From positions 1 through 64,000 of the forward strand of contig CAWHMU010000045.1 in the NCBI GenBank assembly GCA_963830365.1: a DNA stretch of 64,000 nt, in the 5' to 3' direction. The position numbers and the translations under genes were made by a program. Of this stretch, positions 40,846 to 54,700 are shown in pieces. The notes under the pieces were generated by a model. It worked only from the letters and a program-made list of their open reading frames with translations, was not told the DNA's origin and did no database searches. Every line of letters begins with the position of its first letter. Within the stretch, counting starts at the first letter, position 1. Source of the DNA: an uncultured Chlamydiae bacterium (GTDB lineage Bacteria; Chlamydiota; Chlamydiia; Chlamydiales; Parachlamydiaceae).

Positions 40846-41858
40846 CGCTCGCTATGCACACAGTCTACCAGTGCTCTGACAGCATCGATGGGGGTGTCGG
40901 GGGCCAGGCCATGTCCAAGATTGAAAATGAAGCCCGGGTGGCCATCCATCTCTTCAAGAATGCGGTAAGTTTCCTTGCGCACCACATTTAAAGGGGCATA
41001 AAGGATATCGGGATCGAGGTTTCCCTGGATGGCAATGGTAGGTGGAAGCATGCGCCGCACGGTAGTAAGATGTGCGTTCCAATCCAAGCTTAGGGCGTTG
41101 GGATTTATCTTGGCGATATCGGGCAGATAGGCCGCGGTACCCTTGCTATAGAGGATAACCGGCACCTTGGACTTCACGTGTCGCAGAATCTTGTCGAAAT
41201 AAAAAAGGGAAAACTCTCGAAACTGTTCATAGGCCAGCCTGCCGGCCCAGGTGTCGAAGATTTGCACGGCTTGTACGCCGGCTTCGATCTGCATCTCCAG
41301 GTATTCGATGGCGCAATCTGCTAGCCGCTGCAGCAGGCGGTGAAAGGATGAGGGATCGCGCAGCATCCAGCGTTTGGTCTTATGTAAATCAGGGCCGCTC
41401 TTACCCTCGATCATATAGCTGGCCATGGTAAATGGAGCCCCGCAAAAGCCGATGAGCGGTACTTTTAGTTCGGGTTTTAGCAGGCGGATGCCATCGGTCA
41501 CATACTGGAGCTTCTCACGCATATTGGCCTTTGGCAAATTATCGACATCGGCCGCGGTGGAAAGCGGGTGTTCGAAGATCGGGCCTACATTTTCTTCAAA
41601 GCGCAAGCCGAGGCCCAAGGCTTCGGGAATGACCAGGATATCGGAAAATAAGATCGCCGCATCCATGCCAAAATCGTGTATCGGCAGCTGTGTCACCTGG
41701 GCAATCAGCTCAGGCTGATGACACATCTCCAGAAAGGTGTATTTAGTACGCAAGGCGCGATATTCTGGCAGCCATCGGCCGGCCTGGCGCATCAGCCATA
41801 CTGGCACCGGTCCTTCATTCTTACAATGAAGGGCATCAAGCAAGAGGTTATTTGTCAT
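40842..41858 (-). CDS. hemE: Uroporphyrinogen decarboxylase
   Basis: PVWLMRQAGR, DAAILFSDIL, LIGFCGAPFT, QGNLDP, IFNLGHG. Confidence 0.97.
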   Translation of the reverse strand: MTNNLLLDALHCKNEGPVPVWLMRQAGRWLPEYRALRTKYTFLEMCHQPELIAQVTQLPIHDFGMDAAILFSDILVIPEALGLGLRFEENVGPIFEHPLSTAADVDNLPKANMREKLQYVTDGIRLLKPELKVPLIGFCGAPFTMASYMIEGKSGPDLHKTKRWMLRDPSSFHRLLQRLADCAIEYLEMQIEAGVQAVQIFDTWAGRLAYEQFREFSLFYFDKILRHVKSKVPVILYSKGTAAYLPDIAKINPNALSLDWNAHLTTVRRMLPPTIAIQGNLDPDILYAPLNVVRKETYRILEEMDGHPGFIFNLGHGLAPDTPIDAVRALVDCVHSER

Positions 41859-41875
41859 GAAAAATCCTTCTTAGT

Positions 41876-43918
41876 TTATAGAATGCGTTTCAGGATGGCA
41901 TCGACGGTAAAGCCGAATTCTATGGCCAGTTCCTTGGCTGGGGCAGAGGCGCCATAGCCATGCATGCAGATGGCGATGCCATGCCGGCCGATGTATTTGT
42001 GCCAGCCTTGGTCGACGCCGGCTTCGATGGACACGCGCTGTCCGAGGTCTCCACCGAAGATGTCTTCTTTATATTCAGGAGATTGCTCTTCAAAGAGCTC
42101 CCAGCAAGGCATCGACACCACGCGCACGGCTTTGCCCATCTTTTCCAGGGCATCGGCGACATCAAGTGCCAAATGCACTTCCGAACCCGTCGCCACCAGC
42201 ATGTAGTCGGCGGCGCGCGTCTCTTTCCGGATGATATAAGCCCCGCGGCCCACGCCTTCGGCGTAAGGGATCTTGGTGTGTGCAAGCTCTGGCAGATTCT
42301 GCCTGGACAAAATGATGGCGCTGGGTCCTACATAGCGCAGGGAGGCCAGCCACGACATCTTCACCTCATTGGCATCGGCCGGACGGAACACCTGCAATTG
42401 CGGAATGGCGCGCAGCGCGGCATAATGCTCAACGGCCTGGTGTGTGGGGCCGTCCTCGCCGAGGAAGATGGAGTCGTGCGTAAATTGATAGATGACATGC
42501 GCTTTCATCAGGCTGGCCAGGCGGATGGCATTGCGCATATAGTCTGAAAATGTCAAAAACGTGCCGATGAAGGGCGTCAGCATGTCTGTCTGTGCCATAC
42601 CGGTAGCCATGGTCGCCATGCCGAATTCGCGCACACCGAATTTTATGTTGCGCCCTTTGAAAATTCCCGGCAGGACCACAGGATATTTCTTGATCATGGT
42701 CAAATCGGAACATGAGAGGTCGGCAGAGCCTCCGATAAGCTGCGGCAGCCAGTCGGCCAGCGCATTGAGCGTGTCTTGCGAAGCTTTCCTGCCGGCCACA
42801 GGCGATGGGATTTGCACCTCCCACAATTTTTCTTCCAGATCGTCAGGCAAATGGCGTTCTCCCATGGCGGCAAATTCTTTCAGCAAGGCGGGGTTGGCTT
42901 TGGCCCAGGCATCAAACGTTTGCTGCCATCCTGCTTGCTGCGCGGCATCCTGCTTGAGTTTATGGTTGAAGAAGTCGTAGACGCCGGGCGGGACATAAAA
43001 AGCTTCTTCTGGGGCCCCCAGCGCAATCTTGGTGGCCTTTATTTCTTCAGGGCCCAGCGGTGAGCCATGCACTTTGGAGGTGCCGGACTTGTTGGGCGAG
43101 CCCTTGCCGATGATGGTATGCATCAGGATCAGGCGTGGCCTTTCCTGATTGTGCCTGGCTTGGGTGATGACGGTATGCAGGGCGTCTAAATCATTGCCAT
43201 CGACTTCCAGCACCTCCCATCCGTACGCGAGATAGCGCTGTTTGGTGTTTTCTGAACATGAATCGCTTAAAGGGCCATCGAGTGAGACTTTGTTGGCATC
43301 GTAAATGGCGATCAGGTTGTCGATCTTGAGGTGGCCGGCCAGGGAGGAGACTTCGGCCGTCACCCCTTCCATTACGCAGCCATCGCCCATCAGGCAGAAG
43401 ACCTTATTGTCGATGATTTTGTGCTGTTCGGTATTGAAACGGGCTGCCAGCAGCTTCATGCCGAGAGCCTGTCCTACGGCATTGCCAAGACCTTGGCCGA
43501 GCGGGCCGGTAGTGGTTTCAACACCTTCGGTATCGAGCGATTCGGGATGGCCTGGTGTTTTGGAATGCAGCTGGCGGAATTGCTTGATGTCATCCATGGA
43601 GAGGTTGTAACCCGACAGGTGCAGGCAGGCATACAGCCACATCGATCCATGGCCGGCGGAGAGGATGAAACGGTCGCGGTTGAACCACTTGGGGTCTTTG
43701 GGATTATAACGCATAGCCTGTCCCCACAGGTAGGCGCCGAGTTCGGCACAACCCATCGGCAGGCCGGGATGTCCGGAGTCGGCCTTCTGCACGGCATCCA
43801 TCGCCAGGATGCGGATCGCCAAGGCCGTCTTGGTCAACACCTCTTTAAGCGCCGGATCCAGCGGCTTTATTTCACAACCCTGCATTTTTTCTCCCGTGAC
43901 TTGTCCGCTAGCAACCAT
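41876..43918 (-). CDS. tkt: Transketolase (alternative start at 43885)
   Basis: SGHPGLPMG, RDRFILSAGHGS, TTGPLGQG, GDGCVMEG, FGVREFGM, THDSIFLGEDGPTHQ. Confidence 0.97.
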   Translation of the reverse strand: MVASGQVTGEKMQGCEIKPLDPALKEVLTKTALAIRILAMDAVQKADSGHPGLPMGCAELGAYLWGQAMRYNPKDPKWFNRDRFILSAGHGSMWLYACLHLSGYNLSMDDIKQFRQLHSKTPGHPESLDTEGVETTTGPLGQGLGNAVGQALGMKLLAARFNTEQHKIIDNKVFCLMGDGCVMEGVTAEVSSLAGHLKIDNLIAIYDANKVSLDGPLSDSCSENTKQRYLAYGWEVLEVDGNDLDALHTVITQARHNQERPRLILMHTIIGKGSPNKSGTSKVHGSPLGPEEIKATKIALGAPEEAFYVPPGVYDFFNHKLKQDAAQQAGWQQTFDAWAKANPALLKEFAAMGERHLPDDLEEKLWEVQIPSPVAGRKASQDTLNALADWLPQLIGGSADLSCSDLTMIKKYPVVLPGIFKGRNIKFGVREFGMATMATGMAQTDMLTPFIGTFLTFSDYMRNAIRLASLMKAHVIYQFTHDSIFLGEDGPTHQAVEHYAALRAIPQLQVFRPADANEVKMSWLASLRYVGPSAIILSRQNLPELAHTKIPYAEGVGRGAYIIRKETRAADYMLVATGSEVHLALDVADALEKMGKAVRVVSMPCWELFEEQSPEYKEDIFGGDLGQRVSIEAGVDQGWHKYIGRHGIAICMHGYGASAPAKELAIEFGFTVDAILKRIL

Positions 43919-44124
43919 AATGATTCCCTTTTATCGTATTTACTTTAATGTCTCGATCGAAATTTACTCTATTGCCCGCCAAACAGGCAAGTAAAAATAG
44001 AAGTCCACGGCGAGCACCGTAAAATCGCCATACCCCAAATAGAAAAGAAATTCACCACAGACTAGTCCGCTTAACTCGTCTTGGTGATTAACACGCGATA
44101 TTGCCTAGTTTATGTTCAATTTCC

Positions 44125-44267
44125 ATTGCGTCTCCGCGCCTTCTCTGCGCCTCTGCGTTGAGATGGATTAATTGGTTATTGCGCAATTGCCATGTTTCAA
44201 GTTTTTTTGCTGTAATGCATTCAATAAAATTCAACGCAGAGGCGCAGATAAGGCGCGGAGACGCAAT
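44125..44267. repeat. Inverted pair of AACGCAGAG-type repeat (same family as 15158-15299 and the single arm at ~11057-11095)
   Basis: ATTGCGTCTCCGCGCCTTCTCTGCGCCTCTGCGTTGA / TCAACGCAGAGGCGCAGATAAGGCGCGGAGACGCAAT. Confidence 0.88.
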
Positions 44268-44374
44268 AGGACAAGCGGTGGATAAGCCAGGGGAAATATA
44301 TATGACACCGTGCTGGTGTTTTTCCTGTGTTTTGTTTATTCTTCATATTTTCCCTTATAGGCGAGTGGCACGGC

Positions 44375-45706
44375 ATGCGTTTTTTCGATAGATATGCTTC
44401 ATTTTGGCTGGTGGTATGCTGCCTGCCGCTGCTCTTTTTGCCAAAGATCAATCTGATTAGTCTGGGGGATCGCGAAACTGCCGGGATACGTCTCGATGAT
44501 TTTGTGCTGCTCGGATTTTGCGTGATCATTTTCTTTGCGCATTTTGCGTTGCGAATGAAGATGTGTCCGTTGGAAAGGTGGATCGTGGCCCTGTTGGCCT
44601 TTTCGCTGTTTTCCTTTTTTTCCAATCGCATCCTGGTGACAATGGGGGTATTGCAAGTCAATGCCAGTATTTTTTATTGCCTGCGCCTGTTTGAGTATTT
44701 CCTATTCTTTTATATCGGTGCGTTAAGCACGCTTTTTTTCAGGGCCTCATCGGTTATCAAAGCTTTTTTTTTATGGAATCTGCTGCTGATGGGGTTGCAG
44801 AAAGTGGGGTTAATCGGACAATTCAGTGTCTCAGGATATGTCTCGGAGGCTTCCGATAGAGTGGCCGGTATTGCTTCCTTTCCGTCTGAAGCCGGCGTCT
44901 TATTGGATATGGTATTTTGCTTTCTGGTATTCAATGAAGAAAAAAATCCGCGCTGGCAGGCGCTGCTGCCGCCAAACCTGCGGATTTTTTTCAATAAGAC
45001 GTATGTGTATTGGCTGTTTTTGCTATGCGCCGTCTTGGTGATCATCACCGGTTCAAGGATTGCCATCGTAGCTTTGGTGGTGGCCTTTCTCTTTCGCATC
45101 AAGGATGATCTCAACCGCCGCTCCATCAGCACCTGGCTGCTGGCCGCAGTCTTCCTTTGCGCCGGCGCCATATTGACTTATCAAGTTATCCAAACAACCG
45201 ATTCCATTGTCGTGCGCAGCGCCGGCCTGTTATCATTCAAAAATCTCGATCTCGTCCGGCTGGTGTGGGACAACATCGAACTTTCCTACGACCCCATTGG
45301 CTATGAGGTCATCGATCATGATGGCCACTATGATATGAGCTGGTGGATGCGTATCCATAAATGGTGCTACGCCCTGAAAATCTACTACCTCAATCCGGAG
45401 TGCTGGCTGCAGGGGATCGGTCCAGGCTTTGCCATGGCGGCCGTCGACGGCGGTTTTGTGCGCATCCTTACCGAATATGGACTGATTGGCTGCTACCTCT
45501 TTTGGCAGGTGTTTGCGCTGATTTATCGCCAGAGCACGCCGCTGCGCTGGATGGTGATAGCCTTTTTGATCAATATGATCTTTTTTGACGTCTATCTGGC
45601 CTATAAGCCCATGAGCCTGCTGCTCTTCGTTTCGGGCTGCACCTACAGCCTGTCCAGGCAAAAGTCGATGGAAGGCGTTATGAGAGCCTCATATGTCAAA
45701 GCTTAA
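44375..45706 (+). CDS. Polytopic membrane protein, O-antigen ligase/polymerase (Wzy/WaaL)-like
   Basis: About 11-12 hydrophobic segments; ITGSRIAIV, S..MR...W, GIGPG and RILTEYGLIG motifs typical of the Wzy_C family. Confidence 0.6.
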   Translation: MRFFDRYASFWLVVCCLPLLFLPKINLISLGDRETAGIRLDDFVLLGFCVIIFFAHFALRMKMCPLERWIVALLAFSLFSFFSNRILVTMGVLQVNASIFYCLRLFEYFLFFYIGALSTLFFRASSVIKAFFLWNLLLMGLQKVGLIGQFSVSGYVSEASDRVAGIASFPSEAGVLLDMVFCFLVFNEEKNPRWQALLPPNLRIFFNKTYVYWLFLLCAVLVIITGSRIAIVALVVAFLFRIKDDLNRRSISTWLLAAVFLCAGAILTYQVIQTTDSIVVRSAGLLSFKNLDLVRLVWDNIELSYDPIGYEVIDHDGHYDMSWWMRIHKWCYALKIYYLNPECWLQGIGPGFAMAAVDGGFVRILTEYGLIGCYLFWQVFALIYRQSTPLRWMVIAFLINMIFFDVYLAYKPMSLLLFVSGCTYSLSRQKSMEGVMRASYVKA

Positions 45707-45765
45707 ATTGCAATGAACAACCTAACCGCGCGTGGTATATCGCAACCGTCATTATTTACAGAAAG

Positions 45766-48700
45766 CTAGGGGTTGAGGACAATACTAACCTTATGTTGGC
45801 CTCCATCATCGAGTAAGGGGATTTCTAGTGATGAAAGTAAAACCCCATCCAACGTGATGCTAGGATTTCCGCTACTCAAATGATGTGGATTTGTCATAGT
45901 GATATCATACAGGGAAGTCTTATATCGGTATTTTAATTTGAATTGATCCCATTCTTTTGGAATAGAACAGTTCAACGATAGGGTTTGGCCGCGCAATTTA
46001 AAGCCCAGGATCTCTTCTAACCATACTCGATATACCAAGCTGGCAGAACCTGTGTACCAGGTCCAGCCACCGCGGCCCACTTGATTTTTGAGATCGTAAA
46101 TATCCCCTGCAATTACATATGGTTCGACTTTATAAAGCTCATTTGCTTCTGCTGTTGGGGTATGCAAGGTTGGGGATACCATTCTCAATAAGTCGACGGC
46201 TTTATTTCCATTACCGCTTCTTGCATATGCCATGGCGAGCCATGAAGACCCATGTGTATATTGCCCTCCATTCTCTCTAACCCCAGGAGGGTATCCTTTT
46301 ATATAACCTGGATTTAATGGCATTTTATCGAAAGGCGGTGTGAGCAATAAAACGAGATTGTTTTTAGCTTTTACAAGATATTCTTCAGCAGAATTGAGCG
46401 CCACTGCCATCCTCTCGGGATTTGCCAGGCCTGCAATGACCGCCCATGATTGAGGCAATGAGTCAATGGAAGCCTCACTGTTTTCTTTTGAACCCAACGG
46501 AGTGCCATCATCGAAATAGGCTCGGACGTACCAAGCGCCATCCCACGCGGTTGCTTCGACGACTTCGGCCAGGCGCCTAGCTGCGACTCGAAACCCATCT
46601 CCTGCCTGTTTATCGCCGTTACTAAAAGCCAGCAGATCTGCAAAGTCATTCATCACATGTATTAAAAACCAGGCCAGCCACACACTCTCTCCTTTTCCAT
46701 GTACGCCGACGAGATTCATGCCATCATTCCAATCACCGGTTCCAATTAAAGGCAAACCATGAGGTCCGGCTGTAATCCCCTTGTTTATTGCTCTGCGACA
46801 ATGTTCCAATAGTGATGCTGCTTCTTTAGAGATATTCGGGACTTGAGAAATCTCTTCTTGATCATCTGCCAACCTATCGCCTTCTAAAAATGAAATCTTC
46901 TCATTAAGTATTCCAGCATCTCCAGTAATGCGGACATAATGAGCTGTGACAAAGGGAAGCCATAATAAATCATCTGAACAACGCGTTCTTACCCCAGCTC
47001 CTGATTGTGGATGCCACCAATGCTGAACATCTCCTTCGACAAATTGTCGCGATGCAGCTTTAAGGATATATTCTCTTGCGATGTTTGGAACGGAGTAAAC
47101 CAGCGCCATACTATCTTGAAGCTGGTCTCGAAATCCGTAAGCGCCGCTTGATTGATAAAATGCCGTTCTTCCCCAGAAGCGACAACTGAGATCCTGATAA
47201 ATTAACCATCTGTTCATTAAAAAATTAGTCGCCTTATCAGGAACATCAATTTGGATAGTCTCGAGGGTTTTATCCCACCAAGATTGTGTATCGGAAAGAA
47301 GTTGATCTATCCTTGCAGGCATTCGACATTGCGATATTAATTGGCGGGCAGCTGCAGCATCCGGTGCATAGCCCATGATAAAAACGACTTCTTCTTCTTC
47401 TTTTCCCGGATCGATTTCCAGCAAAACTTGCAGGGCAGAACATGGGTCTAAGCTTGCGCCAGTATGTCCGGATAACGATTTTCTACTTAGGGCTTCAGGA
47501 GATGCCGTTGAACGATTGCGTCCAAGAAATTCTGTGCGATCCCCAGAATAGGAAGCGATAGGCCTAATTGAACATGAAAATGCGACATGGCCGCCAAAAT
47601 CCGGGTGATAGCGGTTGTAGGCAAAAAGCGCATTGCTCTCTGCATCCCATTCTGTGATTACATGTATTTGAGTCTCTTCTCTATCACCACCCAAAACCCA
47701 TTCAGTGTAAGCCGTCAAAGTAAGACGGCGGCGGTGGGATGAATGATTGGTTAACCGAAGGCGTTGGATGCGCAACGGAAGTCCGCCTTCATCATCTACG
47801 GGAACGAAAACTAATAATTCTTGCTCAATCCCATGACTATTATGTTCAAAGCGCGTGTAGCCTTGACTGTGTGAAATTCGATAGGCGTCTAACTCCCGGA
47901 TGGGAGCGGGAGTCGGTGTCCAGACAGTTCCCATTTCTTCATCCCGGATATAAATCGTATCTGAAATGGGATTTAATAAGGGATCGTTGCTCCAAGGAGT
48001 GAGTCTATTTGTTTGGCTATTGCCATACCAAGTACATCCCAAGCCGGCCTCAGAGACTAACGTTCCAAATTGCGGATTAGAAAGCACATTAATCCACGGC
48101 GCCGGGGTATTTGTATGGGGTCCTAAATAAATTACATATGAACGTCCATCTGCGGTATAGCCTCCTAATCCATTAAAATAAGGCAGTTCTAAAAATGGCA
48201 GCGGCCTAGAAGGCTCGTCCTTGACTTTTTCATTAACGATTAGTTTTGGTGGATATGTCACTTTTGCCTTGGGCGAAACAAGCTGTTGCCTGAGCAAGCC
48301 TCTGGATGCGATTAATACAACATGTGCTACGGAAAAAATCAGATTAAGTTCATCAGGCGGAACATGATCGGTGTTTCTTAAAAAAACACCCCCTGGCTTA
48401 TTAATCTGACTACGATAAGAATGGGCTTGAACTTGGGCTTGCAAGTGCTCTTGCAAGGGTTGCGTATACCCTGTTTCTTCATCATTAAAAATAATTAAAT
48501 CTACTTTAAGACCTCGCAGACACCAAAAGGCATGCGCAATTAACAGTTGTTTAACAAGATCGACATCATAGATATCTCCAACTGTGACAACTACTATTGG
48601 CAAATCACCTGAAATTCCTTGAGCCCATAAACCGGGTTGTCCCAATCGATTTTTGCGCAATCGATCTTCAACCGAGCGGAATTGCACATGAGGATAAATG

Positions 48701-51700
48701 AGTCGACTGGCAAGTTTTTGAAAGAGCTGTACTTCTTCTTGATGAATACGCAAATGACGCAATTCCAGCTGGGAATAGTTCCAAGCCAATTCTATGGCAC
48801 GATGACTTGCGGCGATGTCTTTATATTTCTCTATTAGCGCTATGGCTGAAGTGCGATTATCTGAAACCGCTGTCACAAAAGAAAACTGAACTCTTCTTCC
48901 TGGCTCAATGACAACACGGCCGCGCAAACTAAAAATGGGATCAAGGACAGTCCCTGTTGTATTCGACAAGTCTCCTTCAAGAGCTGCTGGATGCTTTAAA
49001 GACTTTCCACGCCCAATGAATCGATCTCTATCGGTTTCATATTGCACTTCGCCAGAGGTTGGGTTTGTGGCTAAGACGTGCACGGCCCAAATCGGAAGAT
49101 CATCAGGCGAGCGCAAGCGTCTAAAGCCAAGCAGCGCAGAGGCTTCCGGCACGGCTTCTGTTTCAATAAACAGTTTATTAAAGCATGGATGCGCGCGGTC
49201 TGTGAGATGCGGGGCTAGCGATAACTCCAGATAGCTTGTGAGTTCAATATAACGCGTTTCAGTGGAATGGTTGACTAAAGTAATCAATCGTATTTCAGCA
49301 TTATCCTCAGGAGAGACAACGATTTCAGTAAGCGTTTCAATTTGATGATCCTTTCGCCTAAATTCCGCTTTATCGCCTTTAAAATTTACGGAATACTCCT
49401 TGCCGCTGGTTTGCGTAGGTTGATAGGCGGCGGACCAGACTTCTCTTGATTTCAGATCTTTAATGTAACAAAAGCTTCCCCAGGCATCTCGCGTTGTATC
49501 AGCGCGCCAACGGTAGATTTCGACATCACCACAACGGCTGTATCCTCCTCCTGTGTTAGTGATCATTAGAGAATACTTTTCATTCGATAGCAGGTTGATT
49601 TTTGGTGTCACGCTTTCCGTGGTTTCAACAACTCCCATAATAGGAATTTGAGAAAACGGTTCCAGTCTTCTGAGAATGGGTTCTTTTCTACTGCCGATGA
49701 CTTTGATAGGAGAAGACAAAGGTATGCGTTCATAAAGCAGAGAGTTTACCCCACAAATGCGTGGATCTTTTTGAAACCGGTTGATTAAAACTTCATTGTT
49801 CAAAATATTATTGATCGTGGCGAAAATCATGCCTTGATGATGCGCCATGTAGACATAAACAATCACCCCGCGTTCGCCGGCGGGGTTTCTTTGTCTTGTG
49901 AAATCCATCGATTCATAGTAGCCATAGGGTCCCATAAGATTAAAATGATTTTTTTCCGCCATTTTTTTTAAGTTTTTGATTGCGGACTTAAGCTTTACCG
50001 CTAAAGCCAGTACAGAAGAATAAGGGCTAACGACAAGGTCATCTTCTAATCCGCGTTTGAGACCGAGTTCCGGTACGCCAAAACTTTTATATTGATAAAT
50101 TTTATATGCATCTATGGCGCTAAATGCAGATTCCGAAATGCCCCATGGGATACCGCGCTTTTTTCCATAATCTATTTGGCAGTCGACAGCAGCATGGCAA
50201 GCTTCTCCTATTAAAGAATCTGAGTATTGCTTATTGAATATCAAGGGCATTAAATATTCAAACATTGTACCGCCCCAAGACAATAAGACTTTTCGTCCTC
50301 GGACAATACTATACAATCTTCCCAGGGACCACCAATGTTCTACCGGGACATCGCCTTTTGCAATGGCCACAAAGCTTGCAATTCTGGCTTCACTTGCCAG
50401 TAAATCATAATAAGAAGTATCAAGTTTGCGGGCGTCAACATTATATCCAATAGCAAACAACTTTCGGTCAATCTTATAGAGAAATTGTAAGTCCATCTCC
50501 TGAGAAAAATGCTCGATTTCTTTGATTAGCTCTGCCACGAGGCCTATTTTTTCTCCGGCAAACCATTGGGCGGTGGCTAAGGCTTCCTGTAGTTTTTTGC
50601 CCCAAGCTTTAATTTCATTAGGCAAATCAGCTCTCTCGGCCCCTGCCATCAATTTAGCAAGTGCAGGCAACGAATTTTTACGTGCAAGCATTTCTAATGA
50701 AGCATGCCAAGATAAGGCCTGATCCCTCCATAGCGATGCTTGAGGATCGATGAGGTGCAGGTGTGCTAATGGAAGAGCGTTGAGAATTTCTACCCAGTTA
50801 AAATAACGGGAAATGATGGACTCCCATCCCATGAGCTGTTCTTCAAGCTGTTTTAACCAATAGGCTTCAACCTTCTCAACAGATAATCCTTGTACAACTT
50901 TTAAAGCACCCTTGACTATTGCCATAAAATGCGAAAGGTCATTTGATTCAGCGGTGTCGAATAGATGCCGAGCCTCTTCAATTTTGGTGGATTTGTTGGT
51001 TTCTTGAAGGATATCAATAGTATCTTTGATTCCCGATAGAGCATCTGTTGGTATGATTGAAGAGGATATCATTTCATTCATGCCTTGCTTCAATGTCCAG
51101 ATGCAAGCAAGAAAATTACCACTATCTACGGTCGAAACATACCTAGGAAAAAGGGGATCCAGTGTTTGAATGTTATACCAATTAAGAAAATGTCCTTCAT
51201 ACCGTTCAAGTTTTTTTAACTCGTGAATGGTCGCTAAGGTTTTATCAATAAAAATATCGCAGGTGATATATTTGAAATCATAAGCATTCATTACTGCCAA
51301 TAACCACATACCGATATTGGTCGGAGATGTACGCTGCGCGATTTCTATATTTAGGGCTGTCTGGTAATTATCAGGAGGCAACCAATGCGTGTTAGCTCCG
51401 ACCAACTCATCGAAAAAGCGCCATGTTTTGCGCCCAATTTTTCTTAAAATTTTCTTATCAAGCTCGGAAAGATTTTCATCGATACGCTTAGCTAAAGGTT
51501 TATCGATGACGTGGATAATGAAAGGAGCAGCCATCCAAAGCAAACAAAAAGGTAAAGCTATCAGCTCTGCCAGGGGGTCGAAGGAGATGATTGTTCCTAA
51601 AATCATGACAGCAAATAAAGAAACTCCTGCTACTTGAAGTACAAACTTTTGATGGATTTTCAAGCCATTACAAATATATTCACCGGTGGTCCATTGCAAT

Positions 51701-54700
51701 AAATTTTGATGTGAGATCAGACGTCGAAACGCGACGCGCAGGCATGCGTCCAGAGAGAGGAAAGCTTCAAAAGGTAATAGCGCAATGGTAATAAGGGAGC
51801 GTAAACTTAGGAGCTTTAGCTCCATTAAAAATGATTTTATGGGAAAAAAAGAATAGGTACATAACTTCCTTATGCACAATGAAATACTAGGTAAAAGCAG
51901 AACAAAGAGTGCCAAACCCGTCAATACTCCTGGCACAGGAGAAGAAATCCATGCCGCTGTCAAAAGCAGCACAAGGGCAATAGGTAAAAGAGCTCGACGT
52001 AAATTATCGAAAATTTTCCAGCGATTGAGCCAGGAAAGAGTATTAACCTCTGTTTTTCCATTTTGCATTGGGACTTTTGGAGCAAGCCAATCAATAATTT
52101 GCCAATCCCCACGCATCCAGCGATGTTGTCGTTTAGCCCATGATAAATAATCTTTTGGATGTATATCGAATAAACAAATATTACTAGCAAATCCAACCCG
52201 CACAAAAGCGCCCTCGATAAGATCATGGCTAAGGAGATGTTCTTCCGGAAAATGGTGGGATAAAATGCTATGAAAAGCTGCTACGTCATAAATGCCTTTC
52301 CCATGATATGAGCCTTCTCCAACCAGATCTTGATAAACATTTGAAATGGCTTGAGTATAGGGATCTACGGCCGTTGGTTCTGAAAAAATCTTACAAAACC
52401 AGGAAGCTTTGGCATGAATAAAGTCTGTCCCAACTCGAGGTTGAATAATCGTGTAGCCCCTGGCTAACTTGTTTTTATTGGCAGTTAAATAAGGGCGATT
52501 CAATGGATGAGATAATACCTCTACTAAGGCCCGGGCCTGATCCTTAGGAAGCTGAGTATCGGCATCAAGAGTGATGACATAGCGCGTGCCTTTAAGTGCA
52601 TTGGCTTTACCCAGATACACGATGTTTTCAGGTAATGTTTCACCCATTAGAAATCGATTTAAATATTCGAGTTTGCCCCGCTTGCGCTCCCATCCAATCC
52701 AAGCATTTTCGCTTTTAGACCAAATTCGCTGTCGATGAAAAAGAAAAAACTTACCTTCGCCATATTTATCCGCTAACGCTTGCAGACCATCAACTGCGAT
52801 TTTAAGTAAAGAAGCATCAGACTCTGCATGTTGCTGCTTTGCATCTGAGAAGTCACTAAACAATCCAAAATTTAAGAGCGGATCGGTATTGGCTAAATAA
52901 CGGATTTCTAAACGGTTGATTTCTTCACATATCGTCTCAGGAGTCAGCAACATCATGGGTACAACGACTAGAGTTTTATGTTCTGGTGGGATACCTGTTT
53001 CAAATAACATCTTTGGTCGCAAGGGTGTTGGAAGAAGGATCGTTAAGATAAGGTTTACGAATTGAAGGCTTAATTCAGAGATAGGCAACAACGACATAAT
53101 TAAAAAGAATGCGATCTGAAAAAAATTGTGGTTAGCCTTAAACAAAAAGGAAAATAGCACGCTTTCTAACAGCAAAGTCATCAAAGTGATTCCGCCCAGA
53201 TACACGCTGGCGGGGTTTTTGGTGATCCATCGATTGATAGTTTGAAAAACAGTTGGACGATAACCAATACGCAGCTCCAAAGCCTGACGGCCAGCATCAA
53301 TTAGATAATATCCGACATGCTGTTCATATGCCTTAACACCCTCATGAGACAATGAAAGCGTCGTGTTAGCAATGTCGACTTCTTTTAGATTAACACGCCG
53401 TGCCATCTCTTCGATGGCTTCCCGATAGCAATTTCTGGTTGTGAAATCCATCTTTGCATAGATCCCTGTAAAATCTTCCCTTAAGATGGTATCGACGGGG
53501 CTCACAGTTTCAAAAATATCCGGCCATGAAAGTTGTGATAGCGTGATTAAACTTCTAATTGCGCTAGAAAAAACGACTTGTTCAGACGTTTCATCAAGAT
53601 GTTCTTGATGCAGTATTTCATCCAGAGGTAATCTGAAGCGTTCTTCCAGCCATTCTCTTACCATAGGAAGAATGGCTTCTTCATCAAATAAATGGTCGAG
53701 TAATTCTTCAGCAAAATGACCAGAGAAAGATGTTTGCTCAGTTGATAAATCTGCCAGGAAAACCGGCAGGCGTTTAGGGTCATGATGGGCCGCGTTCAAA
53801 AGTCTATTTCCCCAAAAACTGGCTAATTCGCCTTCTCGCATACGATTGTCAACATGTATCGCAAGGAATTCGACCCATTCGATGAGTCGTAAACGCAACA
53901 TCAAAGGAAAAGCCCACAGCTCTCCAATTGTCAAGGGGTGATCACTCTGATAACTATCAAGAAAAGCAGTGATATTTTCGCGAGTTAATCCACCTACAGT
54001 ATGCTTAACAAGTTCTATGGCGAGAGCATAAATCCTTGGCAACCCAGTCAGAGGCCCGTTTAATATTTTGGGCAGTTCTTTGTGGTATTTTTTTGGCATA
54101 TTGAGTTTTACATCTTCTATACCGCCTTCAAGCACATACATATTGTCTAGCAACCATTCTGCAGACGATGGAATTGTTTGTTCTATATATTCAGCATCAG
54201 CAATGTCTCGACGAAGAAATTGAAGCATCCGGTTACTTTTTTGAAGACGCTGCATTAATGAGCGGCCATCATCTCCACCGGTACTTGTGCGTTGCAATGA
54301 AATAGCCAGCTTGCTCGCTTCCTCACGCAGCTTCTCCAGTGTCATTGGTTCTGACGGGATCTCTACATTGCCTTCTTCAAACATTGCCGGACGTAATAGA
54401 AAAGTCACAGGATGCCCACTTTTGACTTCTCGTAAAACACCCAGGACTTCGCGGACATCTGCATAATTTACATGAGCAATTATTAATATTTCATTGACGA
54501 CTACCCGATTTTTAAAACAATTAATCATCTCCGCATCAATTAACTCTGAAAAACGCCAGCAGGTGTAAATCCCAACCGTTGCGATTATTGTCGAAACTCC
54601 GGCCACAACGGCTAACCAGGAAAAAGCAAGGATTGAAAAGTAATTTAAAAGAATTAAACAAGCAATTGATATTGCGCCAATAATTGGAATAACTAAATTG